Virus record (IMG/VR): IMGVR_UViG_3300045988_025751
Coordinates: 1 to 22,605 of that record
Reading direction: 5' to 3' (one strand)
From: a virus
Taxonomy: Duplodnaviria > Heunggongvirae > Uroviricota > Caudoviricetes
Length of the DNA: 22,605 bases
The translations under genes and the position numbers were made by a program. Shown here piece by piece: positions 1 to 10,771 of this stretch. How positions within the stretch are numbered: position 1 is the first letter of the stretch; every line of letters starts with the position of its first letter. The notes under the pieces were generated by a model, which saw nothing but the letters and a program-made list of their open reading frames with translations, did no database searches and was not told the origin of the DNA.

Positions 1-13
1 AGAGATTATTCCC

Positions 14-238
14 ATGACTGAAGAACAGAAATTCCAGTTAGAGATTTACAAGCTGGTCATGAACCAGAACGCAGCCGCAGAAGAAGCATTTCAATTCATC
101 GGCACTGACGAGTTGAAGCTTGAGCTATTCAAAATTCACTTCCAATCAGGCGGCGCTAATTCGGATATCACGATCCGCACATTTGAAGCGGTGCGTAAAT
201 CGAAGGAAGCGTTAGACCTGTTCACCACCGGAGCATGA
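14..238 (+). CDS. hypothetical small protein (74 aa), possibly 5'-truncated by the window edge
   Basis: ORF in the track; the reading frame stays open upstream to position 2, so the real start may lie outside the window. Its stop overlaps the next small ORF (TGATG arrangement). No recognisable motif. Confidence 0.4.
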   Translation: MTEEQKFQLEIYKLVMNQNAAAEEAFQFIGTDELKLELFKIHFQSGGANSDITIRTFEAVRKSKEALDLFTTGA

Positions 239-239
239 T

Positions 240-419
240 GTGAGCCGCGTAATCAATTTGGGTAAGGAGAAGAAATTCCCAATTACTCAAGAGCTATACG
301 ATCGGCTGGAAAGCGTCATCCATGATTACGATGGTGAAATCAGTTTATGCGAGGCGATTGGCACACTCGAATTGCTGAAGCAGTCACTGATTGAAGGCGC
401 GAAAGAGTCCTCAGCCTGA
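240..419 (+). CDS. hypothetical small protein (~59 aa, GTG start)
   Basis: Open frame from GTG at 240 to TGA at 417-419, found by manual reading; below the size cut-off of the ORF track. GGAG lies about 7 nt upstream. It fills the gap between the upstream ORF and the small terminase gene. Confidence 0.3.
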   Translation: MSRVINLGKEKKFPITQELYDRLESVIHDYDGEISLCEAIGTLELLKQSLIEGAKESSA

Positions 420-436
420 AATAACAACTAAGTGAG

Positions 437-931
437 ATGAATATGGCAGCACCAAAGGGCAACCGATTTTGGGAGGCCCGCAGTAGTCATGGGCGAAATC
501 CTAAATTCGAATCGCCTGAGGCGCTGTGGGCTGCTTGTTGTGAATACTTCGAGTGGGCTGATGATAACCCACTATGGGAGGGTAAGGTATTTTCATATCA
601 GGGAGAAATAATTAAGGCTAATGTCCCTAAGATGCGAGCCATGACTATTTCAGGATTGTGTACCTTCCTTGATATCACCAGGCAAACATGGGGAACCTTC
701 CGGTCAATGGAAGGTTTTTCTGACGTCACATCACGAGCGGAAGACATCATCTACGATCAGAAATTCTCTGGCGCAGCCGCTGACCTTCTCAACGCTAACA
801 TCATCGCCCGTGATTTGGGCCTCAAAGAGCAGTCGCAAGTTGAAGACGTGACACCTGATAAGGGAGATCGCGATAAGCGACGCTCTCGTATCAAGGAGCT
901 ATTCAACCGTGGAACTGGACGCGATTCTTGA
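437..931 (+). CDS. 3: terminase small subunit (P22 gp3-like)
   Basis: Translation ([40 protein letters not shown]...[13 protein letters not shown]) matches my recollection of P22 gp3 at both ends. The start may instead be the ATG at 443 (MAAPKGN...). Its 3' end overlaps the large terminase start by 23 nt. Confidence 0.9.
   Translation: MNMAAPKGNRFWEARSSHGRNPKFESPEALWAACCEYFEWADDNPLWEGKVFSYQGEIIKANVPKMRAMTISGLCTFLDITRQTWGTFRSMEGFSDVTSRAEDIIYDQKFSGAAADLLNANIIARDLGLKEQSQVEDVTPDKGDRDKRRSRIKELFNRGTGRDS
710..731 (+). promoter_or_regulatory. pac: candidate pac (packaging initiation) site inside the small terminase gene
   Basis: P22 starts headful packaging at a ~22-bp pac site inside gene 3 (recalled as GAAGAYTTATCTGARGTCGTTA). 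The stretch gaaggtttttctgacgtcacat lies at a comparable position in the gene and matches roughly the first 18 positions. Proposed by analogy only. Confidence 0.3.
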
Positions 932-2408
932 TAACCTGAGCGACGAAGAGCAAATCGAATTGCTCGAGCTACTCGAAGAAGAAGAGAACTACCGGAACAC
1001 ACACCTGCTATATGAATTTACGCCATACAGCAAACAGCGTGAGTTCATCGACGCCGGACATGACTACCCAGAGCGATGTTTTATGGCTGGTAACCAGCTT
1101 GGTAAGTCATTTACTGGTGCTGCTGAAGTCGCGTTTCACCTTACAGGGCGTTATCCGGGCACAAAAGGCTATCCTGCTGATGGTAAATATGGCGGTGAGT
1201 GGAAAGGTAAGCGTTTCTATGAGCCTGTTGTCTTCTGGATTGGTGGCGAGACAAACGAGACTGTAACCAAAACGACTCAACGCATCCTGTGCGGTCGTAT
1301 CGAAGAGAATGATGAGCCTGGCTACGGTTCCATACCGAAAGAAGACATCATTAGCTGGAAGAAGTCTCCTTTCTTTCCGAACCTTGTTGATCATCTTCTG
1401 GTTAAGCATCACACGGCTGATGGCGTTGAAGATGGCATTTCAATCTGCTACTTCAAGCCATACTCGCAAGGCCGTGCTCGCTGGCAGGGTGACACAATCC
1501 ACGGCGTGTGGTTTGACGAAGAGCCACCATACAGCATTTATGGCGAAGGCCTTACCCGTACCAACAAATACGGGCAATTCTCAATTCTGACGTTTACCCC
1601 GCTGATGGGGATGTCTGACGTTGTTACCAAGTTCCTGAAGAACCCCAGCAAGTCGCAGAAAGTGGTCAACATGACCATCTATGACGCTGAGCACTATACC
1701 GAAGAGCAGAAAGAGCAAATCATCGCATCCTATCCCGAGCATGAGAGAGAGGCGCGTGCTCGCGGTATTCCTACGATGGGTAGTGGTCGAATCTTCCAGA
1801 TACCGGAAGAGACGATTAAGTGTCAGCCGTTCGAGTGTCCTGATCACTTCTACGTAATTGGCGGGATGGATTTCGGATGGGATCACCCTCAGGCGCAGGT
1901 TCAGCTTTGGTGGGATAAGGACGCAGACATAATCTACGTTTCACGCGTGTGGAAGGCGAAAGAAAAAACAGCCGTTCAGGCGTGGGGAGCCGTTAAATCA
2001 TGGGCGCATAAAGTGCCAACCGCATGGCCTCATGACGGAAACCAGCATGAGAAGGGCGGCGGTGAGCAGCTCAAAGGGCAGTATGCCGACGCTGGTTTTA
2101 TGATGTTGCAGGAGCATGCGACATGGCCTGATGGCGGTAATGCTGTTGAGCCTGGAATCACTGAATTGCGCGACATGATGCTTGATGGCCGCTTCAAAGT
2201 ATTCAACACCTGTGAGCCATTCTTTGAGGAGTTCCGCCTCTATCACCGTGATGAAAACGGGAAAATCGTCAAGCTTAACGATGACGTTCTCTCCGCCGTT
2301 CGCTATGCATACATGATGCGCCGCTTCGCAAAAATGATGCGCGACATCAAAAAACCAAAAGAGAAAAAGATACCAGCCCCAATCAGGCCCATCGCACGGA
2401 GAACTTAA
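909..2408 (+). CDS. 2: terminase large subunit (P22 gp2-like, 499 aa)
   Basis: 499-aa ORF beginning [37 protein letters not shown], the same length and N-terminus as P22 gp2. Position directly after the small terminase. Confidence 0.95.
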   Translation: MELDAILDNLSDEEQIELLELLEEEENYRNTHLLYEFTPYSKQREFIDAGHDYPERCFMAGNQLGKSFTGAAEVAFHLTGRYPGTKGYPADGKYGGEWKGKRFYEPVVFWIGGETNETVTKTTQRILCGRIEENDEPGYGSIPKEDIISWKKSPFFPNLVDHLLVKHHTADGVEDGISICYFKPYSQGRARWQGDTIHGVWFDEEPPYSIYGEGLTRTNKYGQFSILTFTPLMGMSDVVTKFLKNPSKSQKVVNMTIYDAEHYTEEQKEQIIASYPEHEREARARGIPTMGSGRIFQIPEETIKCQPFECPDHFYVIGGMDFGWDHPQAQVQLWWDKDADIIYVSRVWKAKEKTAVQAWGAVKSWAHKVPTAWPHDGNQHEKGGGEQLKGQYADAGFMMLQEHATWPDGGNAVEPGITELRDMMLDGRFKVFNTCEPFFEEFRLYHRDENGKIVKLNDDVLSAVRYAYMMRRFAKMMRDIKKPKEKKIPAPIRPIARRT

Positions 2409-4574
2409 ATGGCCGACGAAAACAGACTCAATTCCATTCTGTGTAAGTTTGACGCGGACTGGATGGCGAGCGATGAAGCCAGAACCGAGGCGACAAATGA
2501 CCTGTATTTTAGCCGAGTGTCGCAATGGGATGACTGGCTATCAAACTACACCACCCTGCAATATCGTGGACAATTCGATGTTGTTCGCCCGGTGGTCAGG
2601 AAACTGGTCGCAGAGATGCGCCGGAACCCTATCGACGTTCTCTTCCGACCCAAAGACGGCGCTAATCCTGATGCTGCCGATGTGCTGATGGGGATGTATC
2701 GTACTGATATGCGCCATAACACGGCAAAAATTGCCGTTAACGTTGGCGTTCGTGAGCAGATAGAGTCCGGCGTTGGTGCATGGCGTCTGGTCACGCAGTA
2801 CGAAGACAACGATCCAACAAGCAACAATCAGGTAATTCGACGCCTGCCAATTCATGAAGCCTGCTCACACGTCATATGGGACGCCAACAGCAAGCAGATG
2901 GATAAGAGCGACGCTAAGCACTGCACGGTGATTAACGCTTTGTCACGCAATGGCTGGAAAGAGTTCGCAGAGGATTACGGTATTGATCCGGATACCTTGC
3001 CATCTTTCCAGAATCCGAACGATACATGGCTGTTTCCGTGGGTATCGAATGATGTCGTCTACGTCGCTGAGTATTACGAGGTAGAAGAGAAGAAGGAGAA
3101 AGTCTTCATCTACCGCGACCCGCTGACAGGTGAGCCGGTCAGCTATTTCCAGCAGGATATCAAAGACGTCATCGACGACCTGGCTAATCGTGGATTCATT
3201 AAGGTAGCAGAGCGTAAGGTCAAGCGTCGGCGTGTGTATAAGTCGATCATCACCTGCACGCAGATACTGAAAGACCGCGAGAAGATAGCTGGAGAGCATA
3301 TCCCAATCGTTCCAGTGTACGGCGAATGGTCATTCGCTGGTGACAAGGAGTGCTACGAAGGAGTGGTAAGGCTGACGAAAGACGGTCAACGCCTTCGTAA
3401 CATGATCATGTCATTCAACGCCGATATCGTTGCTCGTTCACCGAAGAAGAAACCGACCTTCTTCCCTGAGCAAATCGAAGGCTACGAATACATGTACGGA
3501 GGAAATGATGACTATCCGTACTATCTGCAGAACAAGACCGATGAAAACGGTAACGACCTGCCGATTGGTCCAATCTCCTACATGGAAAACCCTGAAGTGC
3601 CGCAAGCCAACGCTTACATGCTTGAGGCTGCCACCAACGCAGTGAAAGAGGTAGCTAGTCTTGGCGTGGATGCGCAGGCGGCAAATGGTCAGGTCGCTTT
3701 CGATACCGTCAATCAACTGAACATGCGGGCAGACCTTGAGACATACGTGTTTCAGGATAACCTGGCTACCGCAATGCGACGTGATGGCGAGATTTATGCC
3801 TCAATGGTCAACGATATTTATGACGTTCCTCGCCATGTAACGCTGACTCTTGAAGACGGAAGCGAGAAAGACGTTCAACTCTACGCGCAAGTTGTAGATT
3901 ACCAGTCCGGCAATGTGGTCACACTCAACGACATTCGCGGTCGCTATGAGTGCTATACAGACGTTGGACCATCCTTCCAGAGTATGAAGGAACAGAACCG
4001 CGCAGAGATTCAGGAGTTACTCACCAAGGTTCCACAAGGTACTCCAGAGTTCCAGATGCTGATGCTGCAATACTTCACGCTGCTTGACGGTAAAGGCGTC
4101 GAGATGATGCGAGAGTACGCGAACAAGCAACTGGTGATGATGGGGCTGAAGAAACCAGAAACACCTGAAGAGATGGAGATGGTACAGCAGGCTCAACAGC
4201 AGCCGCAGCAGCCATCAGCAGAGCAAATTCAGGCGCAGGGTATCCTTCTGCAAGGTCAGGCTGAATTGCTCAAGGCAGAGAACCAACAGGCGCAGATTCA
4301 GGTTGAAGCCGCCAAGGTTGAAGCCCAAAACCAACTCAACGCCGCGAAGATTGCGGAAATCTTCAACAATATGGACCTCGACAAGCAGGCAGAACTGCGT
4401 GAGTACCTCAAGCTCGTAGGTCAATTCCAGCAACAGCGCAGCAAAGATGCTCGTGCTAACGCTGAGCTGCTTCTTAAAGATGCAGACCAGACTCATTCAC
4501 AACGCATGGATTTCGCGAATCTTATGCGTCAAGTTCAAATCCCCTCCGGCGGAGTAGCCGAGACACCTCAATAA
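2409..4574 (+). CDS. 1: portal protein (P22 gp1-like, 721 aa)
   Basis: Start ATG overlaps the terminase stop (TAAATG). Size and position match the P22 portal. The Gln/Ala-rich helical C-terminus ([10 protein letters not shown]...[26 protein letters not shown]) fits the long C-terminal barrel of P22-type portals. Confidence 0.95.
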   Translation: MADENRLNSILCKFDADWMASDEARTEATNDLYFSRVSQWDDWLSNYTTLQYRGQFDVVRPVVRKLVAEMRRNPIDVLFRPKDGANPDAADVLMGMYRTDMRHNTAKIAVNVGVREQIESGVGAWRLVTQYEDNDPTSNNQVIRRLPIHEACSHVIWDANSKQMDKSDAKHCTVINALSRNGWKEFAEDYGIDPDTLPSFQNPNDTWLFPWVSNDVVYVAEYYEVEEKKEKVFIYRDPLTGEPVSYFQQDIKDVIDDLANRGFIKVAERKVKRRRVYKSIITCTQILKDREKIAGEHIPIVPVYGEWSFAGDKECYEGVVRLTKDGQRLRNMIMSFNADIVARSPKKKPTFFPEQIEGYEYMYGGNDDYPYYLQNKTDENGNDLPIGPISYMENPEVPQANAYMLEAATNAVKEVASLGVDAQAANGQVAFDTVNQLNMRADLETYVFQDNLATAMRRDGEIYASMVNDIYDVPRHVTLTLEDGSEKDVQLYAQVVDYQSGNVVTLNDIRGRYECYTDVGPSFQSMKEQNRAEIQELLTKVPQGTPEFQMLMLQYFTLLDGKGVEMMREYANKQLVMMGLKKPETPEEMEMVQQAQQQPQQPSAEQIQAQGILLQGQAELLKAENQQAQIQVEAAKVEAQNQLNAAKIAEIFNNMDLDKQAELREYLKLVGQFQQQRSKDARANAELLLKDADQTHSQRMDFANLMRQVQIPSGGVAETPQ

Positions 4575-4587
4575 GAGAGAGTTAACC

Positions 4588-5499
4588 ATGGACCAAACCA
4601 CCGACATTCAGGCTTCTGAAGAATTAACCATGCCCGGCAATCATGCAGCGGCATCTGCTGATGGCTTAGTTGTCGATAATGCCAACGACAACGCAGGTCA
4701 GGAAGAAGGCTTCGAGATTGTCCTGAAAGACGATGAGAAACCAAAACAAGACCCGGCAACTAATGCTGAATTTGCCCGTCGCCGCATCGAACGCAAACGC
4801 CAGCGTGAGCTTGAGCAGCAGATGGAAGCGGTTAAGCGTGGAGAGTTGCCGGAGCACCTGCGGGTGAACCCTGAGTTACCAAAACAACCAGACCCTAACG
4901 ATTATCTTTCCGAAGATGCACTGGCTAAGTACGACTATGACCAGAGCCGCGCACTGGCTGCCTTCCAGCAGGCAAACAGTGAATGGCAGATCAAGGCTAT
5001 GGACGCACGAAGCCAGGCTGTCGCCGAGCAGGGTCGCAAAACTCAGGAGTTCACCCAGCAATCAGCGCAATACGTCGAGGCAGCCCGTAAGCACTACGAC
5101 GCAGCGGAAAAGCTCAATATCCCTGACTATCAGGAGAAAGAGGATGCATTCATGCAACTGGTGCCGCCAGCAGTCGGTGCCGACATCATGCGCCTCTTCC
5201 CGGAGAAATCCGCTGCTCTCATGTATCACCTTGGTGCTAATCCTGAGAAAACACGCCAGTTGCTGGCGATGGACGGGCAATCCGCGTTGATTGAACTCAC
5301 TCGACTGTCAGAACGTTTAACTCTCAAGCCTCGAGCCAAACCTGTTTCAGAAGCCCCGCTACCTGATGAACCCATTCAGGGACACGCTGTTGCTGCAAAT
5401 ATCTCTGCGATTGAAAAGCAGATGGAGGCGGCAGCAAACAAAGGGGATGTAGAGACGTACCGCAAGCTCAAGGCGCAACTGAATAAAGGAATTCGATAA
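4588..5499 (+). CDS. 8: scaffolding protein (P22 gp8-like, 303 aa)
   Basis: 303 aa, the same length as P22 gp8. Highly charged, helical composition. Sits between portal and coat, with a GAGAG ribosome-binding site upstream. Confidence 0.9.
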   Translation: MDQTTDIQASEELTMPGNHAAASADGLVVDNANDNAGQEEGFEIVLKDDEKPKQDPATNAEFARRRIERKRQRELEQQMEAVKRGELPEHLRVNPELPKQPDPNDYLSEDALAKYDYDQSRALAAFQQANSEWQIKAMDARSQAVAEQGRKTQEFTQQSAQYVEAARKHYDAAEKLNIPDYQEKEDAFMQLVPPAVGADIMRLFPEKSAALMYHLGANPEKTRQLLAMDGQSALIELTRLSERLTLKPRAKPVSEAPLPDEPIQGHAVAANISAIEKQMEAAANKGDVETYRKLKAQLNKGIR

Positions 5500-6021
5500 T
5501 TATTTCGATATCGTGATGTTGTTTTCCTCGTCAAACTTTCTGATTACTTCTTTCGCCTCTTCGAATGAAGAACATACTTTTTGCACTCTTGCATTAAGCA
5601 GTCGCTTATGCGCGATCCATCTTTTCCGCGTGTTGCAAAAGTAAACTCCAGATATTCCGCTGGAGTTATTTTTAGATAGTTTGATTCTATTCCTTTGGTT
5701 TGCTGATTTTTTCACAAGACGAAGATTTTCAATTCTGTTGTCGTGGCGAATCCCATTTATATGGTCAATTTCCATGCCTTCTGGAATATCTCCGTTAAAC
5801 ATTACCCATACGATGCGGTGTGCTAGCCACTTAATGCCGTTAATTCTTATGCGGATATATCCATTGCTTTCTAAAAGACCAGCAACTTTCCCAGCGTGTT
5901 TTGCATTCCAAACGTTGTGATAGTTGCGATTCTTTTTGTTGTTGAAAAATTCAGAGCTTCTGGCTTTCCAAACCAAAGAACCATCGCGGTATTCGAAGTA
6001 TTCATTCAGTTCCATGCTCAT
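5500..6021 (-). CDS. HNH homing endonuclease with C-terminal AP2-like DNA-binding domain (173 aa)
   Basis: HNH motif GMEIDHINGIRHDNRIENLRLVKKSANQRN and an AP2-like segment SGISGVYFCNTRKRWIAHKRLL...FEEAKEVIRKF. AT-rich relative to its flanks. Its stop abuts the scaffold stop with no spacer (convergent). AGGG ribosome-binding site before the ATG on the - strand. Confidence 0.8.
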   Translation of the reverse strand: MSMELNEYFEYRDGSLVWKARSSEFFNNKKNRNYHNVWNAKHAGKVAGLLESNGYIRIRINGIKWLAHRIVWVMFNGDIPEGMEIDHINGIRHDNRIENLRLVKKSANQRNRIKLSKNNSSGISGVYFCNTRKRWIAHKRLLNARVQKVCSSFEEAKEVIRKFDEENNITISK

Positions 6022-6088
6022 AACCCTAATGCGCTATATGTTGATATAACAATAGTATAGCACATAAAGAAAGTAAGGTATTCAATAT

Positions 6089-7384
6089 ATGACTCTCAAA
6101 GAAGGGCAGTTAGTTACTTACGCTATCGATGAAATCATCGAAACCGTCCAGAACCTGACGCCAATGGCGTCCAAAGTGACAAAATACACCCCTCCGGCAG
6201 AATCCATGCAGCGTTCAAGCAACACCGTGTGGATGCCTGTTGAGCAGGAAGCGCCAACTCAGACTGGCTGGGATTTAACTGGCAAAGCTACTGGGATTCT
6301 GGAACTCTCCGTGAAATGCAACATGGGTGATCCGGATAACGATTTCTTCGAGCTTCGTGCAGATGACCTGCGTGATGAGCGTTCTTACCGTCGCCGCATC
6401 CAGGCATCCGCCAAAAAACTGGCGAATAACATTGAGTCAGCAATTGCCAAACAGGCAACCGAAATGGGCTCACTTGTTGTTCACGATACCCGCGCAATTG
6501 GTCCATCTACTGGCCTGTCTGGCTGGGATTTTGTGTCTGATGCAGAGCGCCTGATGTTCTCCCGTGAGCTAAACCGCGATATGGGCATCAGTTACTTCCT
6601 GAACCCTGACGATTACCGCAAAGCAGGCCGCAACCTGGTAGATGGAGACATCTTTGGGCGCGTTCCTGAAGAAGCGTATCGCAACGGTACTATTCAGCGT
6701 CAGATTGCTGGCTTTGATGAAATTCTTCGCTCACCGAAACTTCCGGCAGTTACCAAGTCAACCGCTACTGGTGTAACTGTTTCTGGTGAGCAGAAGTTTA
6801 AGCCGCAGGCATACACCCTTGATACCGATGGTAACAAAGAGAACGTCGACAACCGTGTTGCAACGGTGACCGTATCCTCCACCACCGGATTTAAGCGCGG
6901 CGACAAAATCAGTTTCACTGGTGTGAAATTCCTGTCTCAGATGGCGAAGAACGTGCTGACTGATGATGCGACTTTCTCAATCACCCGTGTGATCGATGGT
7001 ACTCACATCGAAATCACGCCGAAGCCGATTGCACTGGATGACGCGTCACTGACAAAAGAAGAGAAGGCTTACGCTAACGTAAACACCTCTCTTGCTGATA
7101 CCACTCCGGTAAACGTTCTGAACGTGGCAACAACCACCGCTAACGTGTTCTGGGCTGATGACTCAATCCGTCTGCTGTCTCAGCCGATCCCGGTAACCCA
7201 TGAACTGTTTGCTGGTATGAAAACGTCTTCCTTCAGCATTCCTGGTATTGGTGTTAACGGCATCTTCGCAACGCAGGGTGATATCAATACTCTGTCTGGT
7301 AAGTGCCGTATTGCTGTGTGGTATTCAGCATGTGCTGTACGACCAGAGGCAATTGGTGTTGGTCTGCCTAACCAGACCGCGTGA
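6089..7384 (+). CDS. 5: major capsid (coat) protein (P22 gp5-like, 431 aa)
   Basis: Translation matches my recollection of P22 coat protein along its length (e.g. ...[14 protein letters not shown]..., [33 protein letters not shown]). AAGTAAGG ribosome-binding site upstream. Confidence 0.95.
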   Translation: MTLKEGQLVTYAIDEIIETVQNLTPMASKVTKYTPPAESMQRSSNTVWMPVEQEAPTQTGWDLTGKATGILELSVKCNMGDPDNDFFELRADDLRDERSYRRRIQASAKKLANNIESAIAKQATEMGSLVVHDTRAIGPSTGLSGWDFVSDAERLMFSRELNRDMGISYFLNPDDYRKAGRNLVDGDIFGRVPEEAYRNGTIQRQIAGFDEILRSPKLPAVTKSTATGVTVSGEQKFKPQAYTLDTDGNKENVDNRVATVTVSSTTGFKRGDKISFTGVKFLSQMAKNVLTDDATFSITRVIDGTHIEITPKPIALDDASLTKEEKAYANVNTSLADTTPVNVLNVATTTANVFWADDSIRLLSQPIPVTHELFAGMKTSSFSIPGIGVNGIFATQGDINTLSGKCRIAVWYSACAVRPEAIGVGLPNQTA

Positions 7385-7390
7385 TAACCA

Positions 7391-7414
7391 GAGGGAGCTT
7401 CGGCTCCCTTTTCT
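7391..7414 (+). terminator. putative rho-independent terminator/attenuator downstream of coat
   Basis: Hairpin gggagc-ttcg-gctccc followed by ttttct, 7 nt after the coat stop. Confidence 0.5.
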
Positions 7415-7427
7415 ATTGGAGATACCA

Positions 7428-8027
7428 ATGAGCGTAATGATTTTTCAGGCTGGCGGAGATACCAAAATCTGGGGACGCAAGCTGAAAACGAAAACCGTTG
7501 ATCCTGATGATGTAGCTGTGCACTTAGCAAATGGCTGGTATAAGCACCCTGACGATGTTCCTGATGATCCTCTTGTTGGTGATCAAATTGGGAGTGTTGG
7601 CGGAGGTGAAACTTCCCCAGTTGATATGGGCGAAGTGTCCGACGGTTATCACACTTTTAACGAGCTTTACGCTCACCGAGTGCGACTCTTCTCATCGCTG
7701 ATGCATGCTTACGCTGAGCTTTCGTGGTGGTCTCGCAAACACAGTGACGGTGAAGAGTGGGATGGCTGGATCATTGCTGGTATCACCACTCCAGAAGGCG
7801 AAATCACTTATCACCTACCTGTTGAAGAAATCGAGTTCCTTCCTGAAGGTACTGAGCTTGAGTTCGGGAAAGAGTGGGATGGTCATGAAGCAAATGATGT
7901 TCTTGGACGACTCCTGAGTTTGCGTCCGGCTATTGCAGAGCCGGAGTCAGAGCCAGAAGAAAAACAGCGTAAAAAGCCTGGTCGAAAACCTAAGGCGGCA
8001 GCAGATGAACCTGACAACGAAGGGTGA
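7428..8027 (+). CDS. hypothetical acidic protein (199 aa) between coat and gene 4
   Basis: ATG at 7428 preceded by GGAG. The ORF track's 7248 start would overlap coat and the terminator, so the shorter form is preferred. Asp/Glu-rich body with a basic tail ([11 protein letters not shown]). Its 3' end overlaps the gene 4 start by 23 nt. Confidence 0.6.
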   Translation: MSVMIFQAGGDTKIWGRKLKTKTVDPDDVAVHLANGWYKHPDDVPDDPLVGDQIGSVGGGETSPVDMGEVSDGYHTFNELYAHRVRLFSSLMHAYAELSWWSRKHSDGEEWDGWIIAGITTPEGEITYHLPVEEIEFLPEGTELEFGKEWDGHEANDVLGRLLSLRPAIAEPESEPEEKQRKKPGRKPKAAADEPDNEG

Positions 8028-8505
8028 TTTAGTTCTTGCGGCATTACGTAAGCTCGGTGTGGCATCAAATGCCACGTTAACCGATGTCGAACCGCAGTCT
8101 ATGGAAGACGGCGTCAACGACCTTGAAATGATGATGGCTGAATGGCTTGGCGGTGATGTGTCACCTGGTATCAACGTTGGCTACATTTTCGCTGATGCAG
8201 ATGTCGCTCCAGATCCGGGCGATGAGCACGGTTTATCAAATAACGCTATCAATGCTGTCATTTTCAACCTTGCCTGCCGCATTGCACCGGATTATGCGCT
8301 GGAAGCGCCTGCAAAACTTATAACCACTGCCAGATACGGGAAAGAGCGACTCGTCAAACTGTCTGCAATGGACAGAGCAAAAGCCGCTAAATGTAAGTCC
8401 GGTTATCCAAACCGTATGCCTGTTGGTAGCGGTAACCAGTTGGCGAAGTGGAACGGTTGGAATTACTTCCACCGAAAGGAACCTTGCGATAACGGGAGCG
8501 AATAA
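8005..8505 (+). CDS. 4: tail adaptor / head-completion protein (P22 gp4-like, 166 aa)
   Basis: From the internal ATG at 8005 the protein is 166 aa, exactly the P22 gp4 length, and begins [32 protein letters not shown], which matches my recollection of gp4. AAGG ribosome-binding site upstream. Confidence 0.85.
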   Translation: MNLTTKGDLVLAALRKLGVASNATLTDVEPQSMEDGVNDLEMMMAEWLGGDVSPGINVGYIFADADVAPDPGDEHGLSNNAINAVIFNLACRIAPDYALEAPAKLITTARYGKERLVKLSAMDRAKAAKCKSGYPNRMPVGSGNQLAKWNGWNYFHRKEPCDNGSE

Positions 8506-9923
8506 TGCCGATTCAGCAACTTCCGCTCATGAAAGGTGTCGGCAAAGACTTCCGAAATGCCGACTATATCGACTATCTACCAGTGAATATGTTGGCTACA
8601 CCCAAAGAAATCCTTAACAGCAGCGGATATCTTCGCTCATTCCCGGGCATTGCCAAACGTTCTGATGTGAACGGTATATCTCGAGGCGTCGAGTACAACA
8701 TGGCGCAGAGTGCTGTTTATCGCGTGTGTGGCGGCAAGCTCTACAAAGGCGAAAGCGAAGTCGGTGACGTCGCCGGAAGTGGTCGTGTATCAATGGCGCA
8801 TGGTCGGACATCACAGGCGGTAGGCGTTAACGGGAAACTGGTCGAGTATCGTTATGATGGCACGGTTAAAACCGTCTCAAACTGGCCTACAGACAGCGGA
8901 TTCACTCAGTATGAGTTAGGTTCTGTTCGTGACATTACGCGCTTACGTGGGCGTTATGCGTGGTCAAAAGACGGCTCTGATTCATGGTTTATCACTGACC
9001 TTGAAGACGAATCGCATCCTGACCGTTACAGCGCACAATATCGCGCAGAATCGCAGCCGGACGGTATCCTCGGCATCGGAACATGGCGAGACTTCATCGT
9101 CTGCTTTGGTTCATCGACTATTGAATATTTCTCCCTGACTGGCGCAACCACCGTTGGTGCTGCTTTGTATGTCGCGCAGCCATCACTGATGGTGCAAAAA
9201 GGCATCGCCGGGACTTACTGCAAAACGCCGTTTGCTGATTCCTATGCTTTCATCAGCAATCCGGCAACAGGTGCACCGTCTGTATATATCATCGGCTCCG
9301 GTCAGGTGTCACCAATCGCCAGCGCGAGCATTGAGAAAATTCTCCGCTCCTACACTGCTGATGAACTGGCTGATGGTGTGATGGAATCGCTGCGGTTTGA
9401 TGCTCATGAGCTGCTGATTATCCACCTTCCGCGCCATGTACTCGTGTACGACGCATCTTCAAGTGCCAATGGTCCGCAATGGTGTGTGCTGAAAACAGAC
9501 CTGTATGACGATGTGTACCGCGCTATCGATTTCATTTACGAAGGCAATCAGATAACGTGCGGCGATAAGCTGGAATCCGTGACCGGGAAATTGCAATTCG
9601 ACATCAGCAGCCAGTACGACAAGCAACAGGAACACCTGCTGTTTACTCCACTGTTCAAAGCGGATAACGCCAGATGCTTCGATCTGGAGGTGGAATCATC
9701 CACTGGCGTAGCTCAGTACGCCGACCGCCTGTTCCTCTCTGCAACCACTGACGGCATCAATTACGGGCGTGAGCAGATGATTGAGCAGAATGAACCGTTC
9801 GTTTACGACAAACGTGTTTTGTGGAAGCGAGTAGGGCGCATCAGAAAAAATGTCGGCTTCAAATTGCGCGTTATCACGAAGTCACCTGTCACTCTGTCAG
9901 GCTGCCAGATAAGGATTGAGTAA
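8505..9923 (+). CDS. 10: tail hub protein (P22 gp10-like, 472 aa)
   Basis: 472 aa, the same length as P22 gp10. Start overlaps the gene 4 stop (TAATG). Conserved gene order. Confidence 0.9.
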   Translation: MPIQQLPLMKGVGKDFRNADYIDYLPVNMLATPKEILNSSGYLRSFPGIAKRSDVNGISRGVEYNMAQSAVYRVCGGKLYKGESEVGDVAGSGRVSMAHGRTSQAVGVNGKLVEYRYDGTVKTVSNWPTDSGFTQYELGSVRDITRLRGRYAWSKDGSDSWFITDLEDESHPDRYSAQYRAESQPDGILGIGTWRDFIVCFGSSTIEYFSLTGATTVGAALYVAQPSLMVQKGIAGTYCKTPFADSYAFISNPATGAPSVYIIGSGQVSPIASASIEKILRSYTADELADGVMESLRFDAHELLIIHLPRHVLVYDASSSANGPQWCVLKTDLYDDVYRAIDFIYEGNQITCGDKLESVTGKLQFDISSQYDKQQEHLLFTPLFKADNARCFDLEVESSTGVAQYADRLFLSATTDGINYGREQMIEQNEPFVYDKRVLWKRVGRIRKNVGFKLRVITKSPVTLSGCQIRIE

Positions 9924-10771
9924 TGGCTGATTCGAATCTCAATGTGCCGGTAATCATTCAGGCTACACGGCTCGATACATCAGTTCTTCCACGCAATATC
10001 TTCTCGCAGTCATATCTGCTGTACGTTATCGCACAGGGCACTGATGTTGGTAACGTGGCGAATAAGGCCAACGAGGCCGGACAGGGCGCTTATGACGCGC
10101 AGGTAAGGAATGATGAGCAGGATGTGATTCTCGCTGACCATGAGCAGAGAATTTCTGCTGCGGAAGCAACGCTTGTTAATCATGAGGAGCGAATCAGCCA
10201 GGCAGAATCAACTCTTCAGGAACATGAAACACGAATCACTCAGAATGAAAGCGATATTGCGTCGCTTGATACCAGAGTTCAGTCGCTGGAGTCGCAGGTT
10301 TCAGACCATGAAACGCGCATCGATGCTCTGGAGTATGCCACTGCTCGCAAGAAGTCAGAGGTTGTTTACTCTGGCGTATCAGTAACCATTCCGACAGCGC
10401 CGACCAACCTTGTTAGCCTGCTGAAAACGCTCACGCCGTCATCAGGCTCGTTGGCACCATTCTTCGACACCGTTAACAACAAGATGGTTGTGTTCAACGA
10501 GAACAAAACCCTGCTCTTCAAGTTGTCGATTGTCGGCACGTGGCCCAGCGGAACCGCCAACAGGTCAATGCAGCTAACCTTTTCCGGCTCTGTTCCTGAC
10601 ACGTTGGTCAGCAGTCGTAATGCGGCGACAACAACCGACAACATCCTGTTAGCTACGTTCTTCAGCGTGGATAAAGACGGCTTTCTTGCCACAAATGGCA
10701 GTACGTTAACCATTCAGTCAAATGGGGCGGCGTTTACTGCCACAACCATCAAAATCATTGCGGAGCAGTGA
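9923..10771 (+). CDS. 26: tail needle protein (gp26 family) with extended C-terminal knob, 282 aa
   Basis: N-terminus [43 protein letters not shown] matches the conserved gp26 N-terminus. Heptad-periodic coiled coil in the middle ([12 protein letters not shown] / [12 protein letters not shown] / [12 protein letters not shown] / HETRIDALE). About 50 aa longer than P22 gp26, with a different C-terminus. Confidence 0.9.
   Translation: MADSNLNVPVIIQATRLDTSVLPRNIFSQSYLLYVIAQGTDVGNVANKANEAGQGAYDAQVRNDEQDVILADHEQRISAAEATLVNHEERISQAESTLQEHETRITQNESDIASLDTRVQSLESQVSDHETRIDALEYATARKKSEVVYSGVSVTIPTAPTNLVSLLKTLTPSSGSLAPFFDTVNNKMVVFNENKTLLFKLSIVGTWPSGTANRSMQLTFSGSVPDTLVSSRNAATTTDNILLATFFSVDKDGFLATNGSTLTIQSNGAAFTATTIKIIAEQ

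Noticed and set aside
1998..2525. 175-aa minus-strand ORF antisense to the large terminase/portal junction, and similar antisense ORFs inside structural genes (e.g. 757-1002, 2541-2855, 2943-3299, 3438-3716, 10714-11091, 12808-13161, 18748-19140)
   Set aside because: They lie wholly inside well-supported sense-strand genes, lack ribosome-binding sites, and are the kind of accidental frames expected on the antisense strand.
4180..4360. Gln/Ala-rich low-complexity stretch at the portal C-terminus, considered as a possible frameshift or contingency tract
   Set aside because: The frame is continuous and the helical Q/A-rich composition is what is expected for the C-terminal barrel of P22-type portals.
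7248..8027. 259-aa version of the ORF downstream of coat
   Set aside because: That start would overlap the 3' end of coat and run through the terminator hairpin. The internal ATG at 7428 with GGAG upstream is preferred.
10138..10330. Periodic nucleotide repeats in the tail needle gene, considered as a tandem repeat array
   Set aside because: The periodicity reflects the heptad repeats of a protein coiled coil, not a DNA-level repeat element. No CRISPR-like direct repeats with unique spacers were seen anywhere in the window.
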